From: the human T2T-CHM13v2.0 reference genome, Homo sapiens
DNA: 64,000 nt
Direction: 5' to 3' (one strand)
NCBI RefSeq assembly: GCF_009914755.1
Contig: NC_060932.1
The position numbers were made by a program, and so were the translations under genes. Under the pieces are notes generated by a model. That model worked only from the letters and a program-made list of their open reading frames with translations. It made no database searches and had not been told where the DNA came from. Each line of letters starts with the position of its first letter. Position 1 is the first letter of the stretch. Shown here in pieces: positions 1-11,469 of the stretch.

Positions 1-87
1 GCTTTACATTTGTGAAAAAAGGAATGATGAAATCATAAGGCCACCTATAAGGGATTCAGCATTCCTATTTTCAAATGAAAATATAGG

Positions 88-236
88 TGCTGGATGTTGT
101 AGCTCCCACTTGTAATTCCAGCACTCTAGGAGGCTGAGGCAGGAGGATCGCTTGAGCCCAGGAGTTCGAGACCAGCCTAGGCAACATGGTAAATACCGTC
201 TACACAAAAAAGTAAAGAAAATTTTAAAAAATTAAA
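88..236 (+). mobile_element. Alu left monomer (FLAM_C / AluJ left arm)
   Basis: GGAGGCTGAGGCAGGAGGATCGCTTGAGCCCAGGAGTTCGAGACCAGCC followed by an A-rich linker/tail. Confidence 0.85.
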
Positions 237-238
237 AA

Positions 239-535
239 GGCCAGGTGTGGTGGTGCACACCTGTAATACCATCACTTTGGGATGCTGAGGCAGAAGGATT
301 GCTTGAGCCCATGAGTTTGAGACCAGCATGGGCAATACAGTAAAACTTTGTCTCTACAAAAAGTACAAAAATTAGCCAGGCATGGTGGCACATGCCTGTG
401 GACCCAGGTACTTAGGAGGCTGAGGTTGGAGGATCACTTGAGACCAGGGGTCAAGGCTACAGTGAGTCATCATCATGCAACTGCAATCCAGCCTGGGCAA
501 CAAAGTGTCTCTAAGAAAGTGAAAATGAAATGAAA
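239..535 (+). mobile_element. AluJ (Jo/Jr-like) dimer
   Basis: Two Alu arms with J-type GGATTGCTTGAGCCC and GTCAAGGCTACAGTGAG, middle A-rich linker, decayed tail. Confidence 0.9.
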
Positions 536-1603
536 GTATTTTTATAACAGAAAAGTAAAATAAATATCGCTCAGGTTTATGTAGCTTTACATGCCATAGC
601 TATGGTAATGCATTATTCGTGGAATTTATTTCACTTCCTGAAAAAGGGATCAAAGTATTTAGTAAATATTCTCTGTGGCTACATTTGAAAACTATAAGGC
701 TATTTTAACTGTGTAAAATGAAAACTGAAATCATTCAATGGTAATTCCAGAAATAGCACACCTAGTTTTGCATTAATTATGGATATAATTTGGTTACATT
801 ACAGCAGTAAGACATTGCCTAAAGTAGAAAATAAAACAGAATCAAGCTTCAGAGGTGTGTAGACTTAGCAAAATTATCAATAAATTAAAATTTGGGGAAG
901 ATAAGACTATGATGATTACATGAAAATCTTTAATATTAATTGAATTGAGTATTGATGTAAACAGCATACATGGGGCATTACAATAGTATTGCTTAACTTA
1001 CAGTGTTTTAATATGTAAAGATGGTAGATAAAATAGATTTAGTACATATCTTATTTTACTGATATTCATTTTAATATAACATTAAGTCAAATGTTAAGTC
1101 TTTATAGGGCAATCAATGTAACAAATAATCTACCAATATAACTATCATATGAACAACAAAACATGAATTCAAAAGGATGAACAATGGTTAGCATGACAGA
1201 TGCCTTACAATTAACATTAATGCCACAGAAATAACATTTTTTGATATGACCACAGCGTGCAATATTTCTAATACTTATAATGCTTATTTTAAAACTACGG
1301 GAAGGCATCAATGTCCCTAAACCAAGACTTTTCAAAAATCTCAATGAGGTTTCATGAGGTCTATATCTTCAAAAGCCATTCAAAATTCTGTTGTAAATGT
1401 GGAATAGCAAAAATCTAGAAATTTTATTTGATTTTGAATTTCAAAAATAAAATTAATCTTATTAAATTTAACTAACAAATGTTCACTCCTTTAAAAACAA
1501 ATGCATACAATCATAGTTCAGTCTGTCAGAGAGAGTGTTATTACTAAACTACAAAATAAAGAAAAGCTATAAAACTATTAAGACAAGAAATAATGATAGT
1601 CTT

Positions 1604-2073
1604 TGTGGTAGCTTGCAAATTTTTCCCATCGCTGTATTTCCCTTTGCAAAGTGACTTTACTATTCCTCCAGTCAGTAAGTTGAATCAATTTCTTATCACT
1701 TAAATCCGGGCTCAACCTTGTAACTTGTATTGGTTTATGGGACATTAGTAAACTTGCCCCTAAGCAAAGGATTGAGAAATACTTTCACTTTGGGACTCAC
1801 TCTCTATTGCCGCTGGGCACCATTCTGCCACCACGTGTTCAAGCCCGGACTAACCTCCTACTGGATGAGACCACATGGAGTGCCATTTCAACCATCATAC
1901 CGACTTAGACACTTATGTTAGGGTATTCTAGGTTATTCAGCCCCAGGTCACTTTGTGTAAACAAGGAAAACTGCCTACTAAACAAAGTTGACAAAATGAA
2001 TCCTTGTGGTTTTAAGCTATTAAGTTTTGGGCAAAGGTTTTTTGTTTTGTTTTTCAGCAAAAGCTAACTGAAT
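1604..2073 (+). mobile_element. MLT1-type MaLR solo LTR (MLT1G/H-like)
   Basis: TGTGGTAG start; CTTAAATCCGGGCTCAACCTTGTAACTTG motif; end TTTTAAGCTATTAAGTTTTGGG...GCAAAAGCTAACTGAAT typical of MLT1. Confidence 0.65.
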
Positions 2074-4956
2074 CCATCATTACATATAACTTTTAGAAAA
2101 TTAAACTATTTCCATAACCATCATGACAACAAAAGTAGTTTACAAATCTCACCATGATTAAAGCAAAATATTAAATTCAATAACATTATAGATGGACATA
2201 AAGTACTTAATCAAAAATAGTATTTTATATATTTCCTGCTAGAAGCTATGTAGCTGTCCATAATACTCATTAATTTTGAAATAACATAAGAGATTAGGTG
2301 CTTGATTAACTATTTAGCCAATTTCACATTATTCCAAATAAAATGTAAAGCACTGGGAAATATTGTAATTTCTCTGTAAAATCATTCTACTAGATTGGAT
2401 TATTTTCCAGTTTATCTCTTTGATAAACTCTGTTACCTGGCATGAGCAGGAGTATTTTGATTCTACTTCCCTGGTTTAATTTTTGATGACCAAAAGAGGA
2501 CCACCAACATGGCAAAAACAATATGCCTGAAACAAAACATGACAAGCTGATGGCAAATCACAGATACATGAGGAAGGCAACAATGACACTGTGTCATATA
2601 GACACTGAATTAAGAAGAAAAAATAAGTGTCATTGTAAATTTGCATGCATTTGCATTATTTGTGGTCAATTTCTGTTGTCCTCCTCCCTGATCAAATAAA
2701 AAATGTGGTAAATATCAGTATTAAATCCAGGAAAACTTATAAAAAGAATGGATGCAAAAGTAAAAGAAAAATAAACATGTATTAATACATTACTTCTTTG
2801 TGCTCCACAAGTACTAGAGGATAAAAAGCAGACAGAAAATGATACTTTATAGCAGCTTGTTTAAATAATTCACTTCACAAATAGTTCTCAGCAAGAAATG
2901 AAATAGCAGTCACTAATTATACCTAAGTTAAATTGAAGGAGAATATTTGCACTAATTTGCATTTCAAGAAATGGGAAAGAGAAAATGAATTTAACAAATA
3001 TTTTATCAGAAAAAGAGCAAGTACTGCTATAATAACTTTAACTTAAGTGATCATAACAAGAGCCTCTGTGGGAATAAAGTAATGAATATCAGACACATGA
3101 AAAAATAGGACATTTAATTGACTTTTCCTCTTATTGTTACCTTCCTTATTTTCCAGTCATTCAAATTTCAAAATTAATACTTTTGTAATTTGGTTCAAGA
3201 CTAGACCATGTAATTCAGTTTCAGAGTGGTGCCAGGGTCAAAGAAACAGTTCAGCTACACAAAGTAAATTTCAATAGTTCAAAACTTCTATTTGCATATC
3301 TGAAAAATGATGAAAAGAATATAAATGCATAATTCCTTTCCCGTCCATATTCACTTTTCCAGGATCTGGCAAATAACTACAGTACATTCCAGTTTTTCTC
3401 TCCCTCTCCCAATCCCTTTCCTTTCCTTAATTATGTAGGTTGACCTAACCTTTCTTCAGCAAAAAAAGAAAGGGTCTGTAACTGAGGGACAGGGCACTAA
3501 AATTGCGGCATTAAAGTGGATCACACTTTGGTCCTATGACAGATGCTTGGTATAAGAATTTTGAAAACACAGAAATGTCCACATAAAATTTGTGATCTGT
3601 CCCATGTTTTATTTTATTATCTGATATAAATTTTATTAACAAAGTGGTGATTTTTTTCATCTTTTTTAATATAAAGACATACAAACATATAGATGAAATA
3701 ATTTTCTCATCGTGAAAGCAAGGGCAAGAAAAAGAGGTCATAGGCAAGATGGCAAGGGTGATTTAGCAATGTGGTAAAACAATTTTAAAGAGTAAGTGGT
3801 CTATTTTGCATTTCAAATTATTTGCATACCAAAGTTTAACTCTCCAATTCCTTAAAACGGTAGTCAGTTTTGTGTGTACCTTTTAGGGGGTGAAGACATT
3901 AAGCAAATGACAGAGATCTGTATTTGGGTGGATGCCATGACCAAGGAAAGAACTTTCATACGATTCGGGGGAACAATATCTTAGTAAATTAGGGATAAAG
4001 ATTATTCATTTTGTCAAAAATGAACTTGCTATTTCAAAGCAAGTTCTTATTTATAGGAGACTACTTATTTCTTCAAAGGAGATTTCAATTGCTGGACATA
4101 TAGAACATTACAAGAGGAGATTATACCTAAATCTTTCAATTATTTTATTAATGCAAACCAAAGGAAAATTAGAGGGAAACTATAATGAAAGCGCACGGAA
4201 AGGTGAAGTCATGACAATAAGTGATAGGCCTTATTGTTATGATGACAATAAACAATGAGCTTTTACAGTGAGGAAGAAATGTGCTGTAAAAAAATTTGGA
4301 TAGAGAACTATCTGCAGTATTTGTGAGTGGATATTCTTTTGATTAGTCTACTGAGTGTACGACAAGAAAAGCACAGAATGACCGAGAGATATTGGTCAAA
4401 GGCAGGGTTCAAGCTTCAATGCAGGGTACCAAGGGCATTGCAAACTCGTGCCATTAGAGAAGAAAGACCCCCTTGCCCCTGGCCTTTATACTGCTTGTGT
4501 TTGTTTTTCTATGATTTTATTTAAGAAACAATGCCACGTCTAAAAAAAATTTATAAAACATCCATCCAGACAATAAAAATATTCTAATTTATAATACATA
4601 AGAGGGATGGATTTTAGTATGAAGATACCGTGTGTTTCAATTTTTAACAAATTACTTATCTTTGTGCCGCGGTACCATGCCATTAATAAAATTTGTAACA
4701 CACTATTTCTCAGAAATATCAGAAACAGTGATGGTCTAATGCATTAAACCTCCATAAACAAAACTAATGGGAAAGAATGAAGCCCTTTCTTCAGTTAATA
4801 AAATGTCTGTTTGATATTCGCAAAGAAATACATTTTCTTAATTTGAAATCCAGTAGACTAACAAAGTGTAAGCTGATTGGCACTTCAGAGTTTCAGTGTC
4901 TTGAGGATGAATTCCAAACCGCACCCGGCCTCAGCCTCACTTTTACCAGAAAATGA

Positions 4957-6725
4957 AACCGGAAGCCTCCCCTACTCTTAATTCCCCAACTACAGAAGAG
5001 GAGAAAACGGAATCTCATCAGGAGGTTGCTAACCCAGAACACTATATTAAACATCCCCTACAGAACAGATGGGCACTCTGGTTTTTTAAAAACGAAAAAA
5101 GCAAAACTTGGCAAGCAAACCTGCTGCGGCTGATCTCTAAGTTTGATACTGTTGAAGACTTCTGGGCTCTGTACAACCATATCCAGTTGTCTAGTAATTT
5201 AATGCCTGGCTGTGACTACTCACTTTTTAAGGATGGTATTGAGACTATGTGGGAAGATGAGAAAAACAAATGGGGAGGACGATGGCTAATTACATTGAAC
5301 AGTCAGCAGAGACGAAGTGACCTCGATCGCTTTTGGCTAGAGACACTTCTGTGCCTTATTGGACAATCTTCTGATGACTGCAGTGATGATGTATGTGGCG
5401 CTGTTGTTAATGTTAGAGCTAATTGTGATAAGAGAGCAGTGTGGACTACTGAATGTGAAAACAAAGAAGCTGTTACACATACAGGGACGGTATAACAAGG
5501 AAAGGTTAGGACTTCATCCAAAGATAGTGATTGGTTATCAGTCCCACGCAGACACAGCTACTAAGAGCGGCTCCACCACTAAAAATAGGTTTGTTGTTTA
5601 AGAAGACACCTTCTGAGTATTCTCACAGGAGACTGAGTTAAGCAATCGAGATTTGGGAGCTGAACCAAAGCCTCTGCAAAAAGCAGAGTGGACTGCATTT
5701 AAATTTGATTTCCATCTAAATGTTACTAAGGTATAAGAGAAGTCTCATTCGCCTTTGTCTTGTACTTCTGTGTTCATTTTTTTTTTCTTTTTTTGGCTAC
5801 AGTTTCTGCTATCCCAATCAAAGAATATACAGTACACATCCCCAGAATCCATAAATGTGTTCCTGGCCCACTCTGTAATAGTTCAGTAGAATTACCATTA
5901 ATTACATACAAATTTTACCCATCCACAATAGTCAAAAAACAACTTGGCATTTCTATACTTTACAGGAAAAAAAAATTCTGTTGTTCCATTGTATGCAGGA
6001 GCATATTTTGCTGCTTTGAAAGATTATGATGCATACAGTTTTCTAGCAATTTTCTTTGTTTCTTTTTACAGCATTGTCTTTGCTGTACTCTTCCTGATGG
6101 CTGATAGATTTTAATTTATTTGTTTCCCTATTTGATAGTATTAGTGATTCTGATTTCAGTTTTTGATTTGTTTTGCTTTTGTTTTTTTCCTCATGTAACA
6201 TTGGTGAAGGATCCAGGAATATGACAGAAAGGTGGAATAAACATTAATTTTGTGCAGTCTTTGGTAATTTTTTTGTTTCTTATAACTACAAAGCTTTGCT
6301 ACAAATTTATGCATTTCACTCAAATCAGTGATCTATGTTTGTGTGATTTCCTAAACATAATTGTGGTTTATAAAAAATGTAACATCATAATTGCATTCCT
6401 AACTAGAATTAGTATGTCTGTTTTTGTATCTTTTTTTTATTTTTATTATACTTTAAGTTTTAGGGTACATGTGCACAATGTGCAGGTTAGCACCTTGTAT
6501 TACTTAGGTTATTTTGCTTTGGTTAAAAATGGCTCAAGGAGTAAAGCAGTCCCATTCATATTAAGACACTATACAAAACTGTAAATAAAATGTGTACGGT
6601 GAATTGTCTTTTAGACAACTAGATTTGTCCTTTTATTCCTCCATCTTTATAGAAGGGATTTGTACTTCTTATTGCAAGACAGTCTCTGTATTATGTCTTC
6701 TTTTGTGGTGTCTTCCATGTGAACA
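4957..6725 (+). pseudogene. EIF4E: Processed pseudogene of EIF4E (cap-binding protein eIF4E): CDS remnant to the original stop at 5601 plus ~1.1 kb 3'UTR; paralogue number not determined
   Basis: ORF 4953-5495 matches eIF4E (KHPLQNRWALWFFKN, FDTVEDFWALYNHI, DLDRFWLETLLCLIG) without introns. The C-terminus KERLGLHPKIVIGYQSHADTATKSGSTTKNRFVV* is in another frame (ORF 5359-5601), because an extra A turns GTATACAAG into GTATAACAAG. There is an in-frame CTG duplication, the first codons are missing, and the 3'UTR has AATAAA at ~6584. Confidence 0.97.
6431..6490 (-). mobile_element. Extremely 5'-truncated young L1PA (L1PA2-4-like) 3' end inside the pseudogene 3'UTR
   Basis: T-tract + TTATTATACTTTAAGTTTTAGGGTACATGTGCACAATGTGCAGGTTAG = antisense L1PA terminal 3'UTR. 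Confidence 0.9.
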
Positions 6726-8023
6726 TTTTTAAAATAAGGGAAATATGGTGGTAATAGAAAATTCGGAAAAACCAGGAGTAGCAAGCTTCAGAGTCTCAGG
6801 GTAGACCAAATTTCAGACAGGGTGCCCTTGAAACTTGAGAATTTCAGATAAAATATCCATGTCTGTGTACCCCGTGGAAAATCTTGGAACACACTTAAGG
6901 GTATGCTTTTCTGGGTTTGAGACTATTGCTTCACAGGATTTCTCAGATGAAACCAAACTGACCTAGTCACAGCTTCCTGGACAAACGATGTCTTTTATAA
7001 ATAATTTTTTTTCTTACAAACATCAAGTGATTTTGAATTCCAATCCAACCATTCCTCATAGCCCGATTCAAATTTGTCCATATAGAAACATACAAGGTTG
7101 ATTCATGCACAGTAATTTAGTGTAGAGGACCTGATTTCATTTTAAAATATTGTCACTAGTAATTGTTTACATGCTCAGTTCCCAGGCCTGACTTCTAAAG
7201 AAGAGTAACTTTAACTGATAGAAACAACTTCAACAAGCACCACCATAGTTCCACAGTCATAAAAAAACATAGAACAATATCATTCTGCAGCTGAAGTACT
7301 ACCATCCTGTCCCTGGTTTTCTGTTATTTTTAGTGCATGCTACTGACAGGAGGATATGGGTGCTGAGTCAGTTACATTTACACAGATAGGAACACAATAA
7401 AGCCATAAAGCCCAGAAAATTCACAGCTAGATCTCTTCAAATCTTTTTGGATCACATAATCTCCATAACTATTGAAAGAATATGACTACTATTTTTAGAC
7501 AATACAATTTCATTCTACGATCTAATTTACCCTTGTTTATATTGGTAAAAACTTGTGAAACAAGAATAAAACATCAGGAATAATGAGGTCAGCTCTTACA
7601 TATGCAAAGCATTCTGTTTGTCTAAAGTGATGGAGAAGTATATTTTCAAAGATTTAATTTGTATTCTTTGAATATACGAATCATTCATTCACCCAGTAAA
7701 GTGAATGTTCACTGAAATGTGTATTTTTTTTCTGTATGTAAATACACTGTAATAAAAAGTTTAAAAATGTCACTGGGCACTTAATATATAAGAGGCAGTG
7801 TTGTATGAAGTGATCAAAACATAAGATTGCTGCTCTATAGAATATACATATTTTGCACTTTGTTCTTTGGAATAAACAAAGTGTTTCATATTTTATAATG
7901 CAGAATCCATTACATATGTGACACTGGAAACAAAATATCTTGCCACAAACTTACTGAATGAGTTATTTTAGTAGCTATTAGTGGGGACAATGTTTTTTTG
8001 AAGCTGTTGATGAAACATATCAA

Positions 8024-8195
8024 AGGGTCATGAAATCATTTAGTTGGTTGCAACAATTCTTTATACGTATATGTATACATGCCTATAATTAAATTAGAAT
8101 AGATGCACTTGGCTAGAATAGATTTGAAATGTTCAGAACGTGTAAAATGTGTTTCTTACTGTGGTTCAAATTCAAAAAAGATTGAAAAACACTAA
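8024..8195. mobile_element. Degenerate hAT-Charlie-type non-autonomous DNA transposon (MER)
   Basis: GGGTCATGAAATCATTTAGTTGG and TGTAAAATGTGTTTCTTACTGTGG...AAAAAGATTGAAAAACACT resemble a remembered MER consensus. Confidence 0.5.
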
Positions 8196-8414
8196 ACTAG
8201 TTTAAGTACTGCTAATATATTTTTTGTGGTCTGCTCCTAGAGTTTTGGGGAAAAAAAGTAATTTTTTAGTAAATCTTTCTCTTCATCGTGACTTAGAGGA
8301 TTCTATATAGCAGTAGTCAGCCCACGTACATGCAAATATGTGATTTTCGGGTAGTGAAAGAATATACTAGTTGGAGAACAATTTCTTTTGGCTTCATTAT
8401 AAGAAATAATACTG

Positions 8415-8557
8415 TTGGTGCTTGTAATCCTAGCTACTTGGAAAGCTGAGTCAGGAGGGCTGCTTGAGGCCAGGAACTTGAAGCTCCAGTGTGCGATAAT
8501 CACACCTGTGAATAGCCACTGCACTCTAGCCTAGACAACATAGCTAGACTCTGTCTC
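8415..8557 (+). mobile_element. FAM (fossil Alu monomer, 7SL-derived)
   Basis: Alu-like 5' part plus the 7SL-specific CCTGTGAATAGCCACTGCACTCTAGCC 3' part. Confidence 0.8.
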
Positions 8558-8560
8558 CAC

Positions 8561-8577
8561 AGAAAGAAGAAGAAGAG

Positions 8578-8612
<35 letters not shown>

Positions 8613-8655
8613 GGAAGAGGAGCAGGAAGAGGAGGAGGAGGAGGAAGAGGAAGGG
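8561..8655 (+). repeat. (GAA/GAG)n purine-rich microsatellite in the FAM tail
   Basis: Direct reading. Confidence 0.95.
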
Positions 8656-9243
8656 AAATAACACTGATACTTCTTTAAAATTCCTATCCACTGGAGAGTG
8701 GCATCAATATGATATGGCTCCATGTTTCTTTATGCAAACAAAAAAATTATAGAGTCAAAATACCAATTTAAAGAAAAACTACACAGCATGAATCTGAAGA
8801 AAACTATTAGAGTAAGTCAAGAATGTTTCCCAGAACAGGAATAATAATAGAATTCTATAGACATTCCCTTCACCTTCTTACTAAGAAGACTGCGGATTCC
8901 TTTCACTATTGTAGGAATTTCCCAGTGGTTAAGGACATAAGGATCAAAGCTTGACAGACCTGGACTTGCATTCCTGCTCAACAACGTTTTTTCATGATAC
9001 TCAGATAAGTTACATAACTACTTCGAGCCAAGTTCTCTTTCGCAGCTGTGAGAGTATTCTAATGAGTATGCTAATGTCTACTTCCTATGGAATGCTGTTA
9101 GAACTGGTTGAGAATGTGACCCAGGCCCTTCAGCAATTAATACTTGAAAAGTACTTAATAATTGGTAGTAGGAACTATCCAAGATGTAGTAAAAGGTTTC
9201 TGTTACATAATTTTTTCTGCTACCCCAGGGCTGATTTTTTAAA

Positions 9244-9563
9244 TTAATTAATTTATTTATTTTGAGACACAGACTCGCTCTCCCAGGCTGGATCACAGTT
9301 GCGCCATCTCGGCTCACTGCATCCTCCGCCTCCTGAGTTCAAGTGATTCTCATGCCTCAGCCTCCTCCCAAATAGCTAGGATTACAAGTGTAAGCCACCA
9401 TGCCCAGCTAATTTTTGTATTTTTAGTAGTGACAAGGCTTTGCCATGTTGGCCAGACTGGTCTCAAACACCCGACCTAAAATGATCTGCCTGACCTCAAG
9501 TGGTCCACCTTCCTTGGCCTCCCAAAGTTCTGGGATTACAGGTGTGGGCCACCATGCCTGGCT
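9244..9563 (-). mobile_element. AluS-like (Sx/Sz) element
   Basis: Full antisense Alu: TTTTGAGAC...CCTCCCAAAGTTCTGGGATTACAGG...CCTGGC. Confidence 0.92.
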
Positions 9564-9831
9564 GGTCTGATAACTCTTAACACTGGATGACACTGTTATA
9601 TTAGATTATTTTAAGGAATTTAAAGATATGTAATATTGACTAGCATCTCAGCGTTACCCTTTTCTTAATATTTCCCTGTTACAGATTCTCTGAAATAGGT
9701 TGTTATTCACACAAATCTGGTACTTTATAGAATAGCAATCTGAGCTGATATGTGCTTCCTGTTTATTCTAGGTCTGCTATGTCATCAGCTCTCATCTTTC
9801 TTGGGGAAAGACAAAAGTATAGGGTTATATC

Positions 9832-9837
9832 ATCTCT

Positions 9838-9885
<48 letters not shown>
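9832..9885 (+). repeat. (TC)n(TG)~22 microsatellite
   Basis: Direct reading. Confidence 0.98.
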
Positions 9886-9886
<1 letters not shown>

Positions 9887-11039
9887 GGTGGAGAGAAAGA
9901 TGAAAAACCACAGGTAATTCTTAAAGCATTTGTTTATAAAGGCAATTAAATTTGAGGTGATGAAGGGATCTTCATTTTTTTGTAAGGCTTCAGTAGTGTC
10001 TGAGAGACCTCACCAGTGACATACAATGGTGTAATCTGTAGAAAAAAATACGCAGTAAGAAGAACTCCTTTTAAAGCTGCCCTAACATGCTTTTTTGTTT
10101 GTTTATTTTTAAGTCCAAAGAATATCGCACCTCTGCAACCAAGTTTGCCCACACATATTATTTAGCAACTTCAAACTGTCTCCCAGTTTTAATGAGGGTC
10201 TTCTATCATAGTATTATTTTTTTTTCCCCACTCTTAACGTAGTCCAAAGAGCTGAAACTATCTCATACTTTCTTCTAAGGTTGCAGTCCAGCATTCAACC
10301 AATATAAATCAAAATACAGATTTTTTTTCTGAATATGTAAAAAAGATATTTGTAGAGTGTGAATTGTCAGAAAACAATGAATCAGCATTGAAAATCTCGT
10401 TCCAGTCATAGTATTGACTTTTAGGTTGCATGATTTGAGGCAACTGAATTGCCATATACAAGACAATATCTTTCATGTCTAGCATTAGGGATTAAGTAAA
10501 GTAATAAGAATAAAAATGCTTTGTAAATTGCAAAGTTTAATGTTAAAAAGAATTTGAACTACAATCAGTAGGTAAGTGAATGGTTTCAGTGTTTACATCA
10601 GTGGGTACATGGGTTGGTTCAAGGGCATATCTGAGCCACACAAATTTGCATAAAGATTTAATTTACTTATGTTTGTATTTACATATTTTCCTCAGCTTTT
10701 AGTGGACCCAGTTAAAGATGTCTGGCTCTAAAAATATTAAAAAGCATTTTATTATGCAAATGAATGCTACCTTTTCTATGTTCACCACTGGGTGTCTCTT
10801 AACCAGCAGGATGCATACAACCCCTAGAAGGAGGTTTAGATGAATTATTTGCAAATGTTTGCAAAATGGAACAGAAAAAGGCTAAGTTCATCAAAATTGC
10901 AAACATTCAAGTCCCATTATGTCTAATGCTGTCAGAAATAGTGTAAATATTTGCTATGGATTAATTAAAAGAGTCTGTTTACAGGCACACAATGCAGAAT
11001 CTACTTTTATGCAGATGAGGTGTATAGAGGAAGAAGTGA

Positions 11040-11215
11040 CTTGAGGTTTGAATTCTGGCTCACCTTGGAGTCCTGAAACTTTGGATGCATCACTTATATT
11101 TCCTAAGTCTCCAGTGAGTCATCTGCAAAATGGGAATAAAATGACCTACATTGTCCACCTGACAGGATTGTTGTGAAATCAAATTCAAATCCAATTGAAG
11201 CTTAGCAAATTACGT
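11040..11215 (+). mobile_element. MIR fragment
   Basis: Core GGTTTGAATTCTGGCTC...CATCTGCAAAATGGGAATAA...CAGGATTGTTGTGA. Confidence 0.7.
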
Positions 11216-11469
11216 TATAAAGAAATCATTAACAATAGCAAATATTTGTTTTTGATTGCCTTGCTATAGGTTACCGGCTGGGTAATAATTTGGTAACCAA
11301 AACAGACATGGCCCCTGGGTTATTTCTAGTTCAGCACTATAGTCAAATAGCAAACTAAAAAGTTAAAACTCTAAAGATTATGAAGCAAATGGAAGGTGTG
11401 TGTGATGCAAGGGGATAAGGATAAAAAACAGTCAAAGCAAAGTTAACCCACGCACAATTTAATAGTAAC

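Noticed and set aside
4953-5601. Functional EIF4E gene
   Set aside because: Intronless, lacks the parental start and promoter, has a frameshift/stop near codon 183, and carries many replacements in a normally very conserved protein.
4957-6725. Assigning a specific EIF4EP number or chromosome
   Set aside because: It cannot be determined from the sequence alone; it needs BLAT of the flanks.
9660-9920. Possible cryptic exon (acceptor-like TGTTACAG/TTCTAG, donor CAG|GTAATT at ~9912)
   Set aside because: Such signals are frequent by chance, the interval spans a (TG)n microsatellite, and there is no coding or expression evidence.
10640-10765. SOX-OCT composite element (ATTTGCAT at 10644, TTTTATTATGCAAAT at ~10747-10761)
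   Set aside because: The SOX half-site lacks the core TTGT, and two octamers alone are weak evidence.
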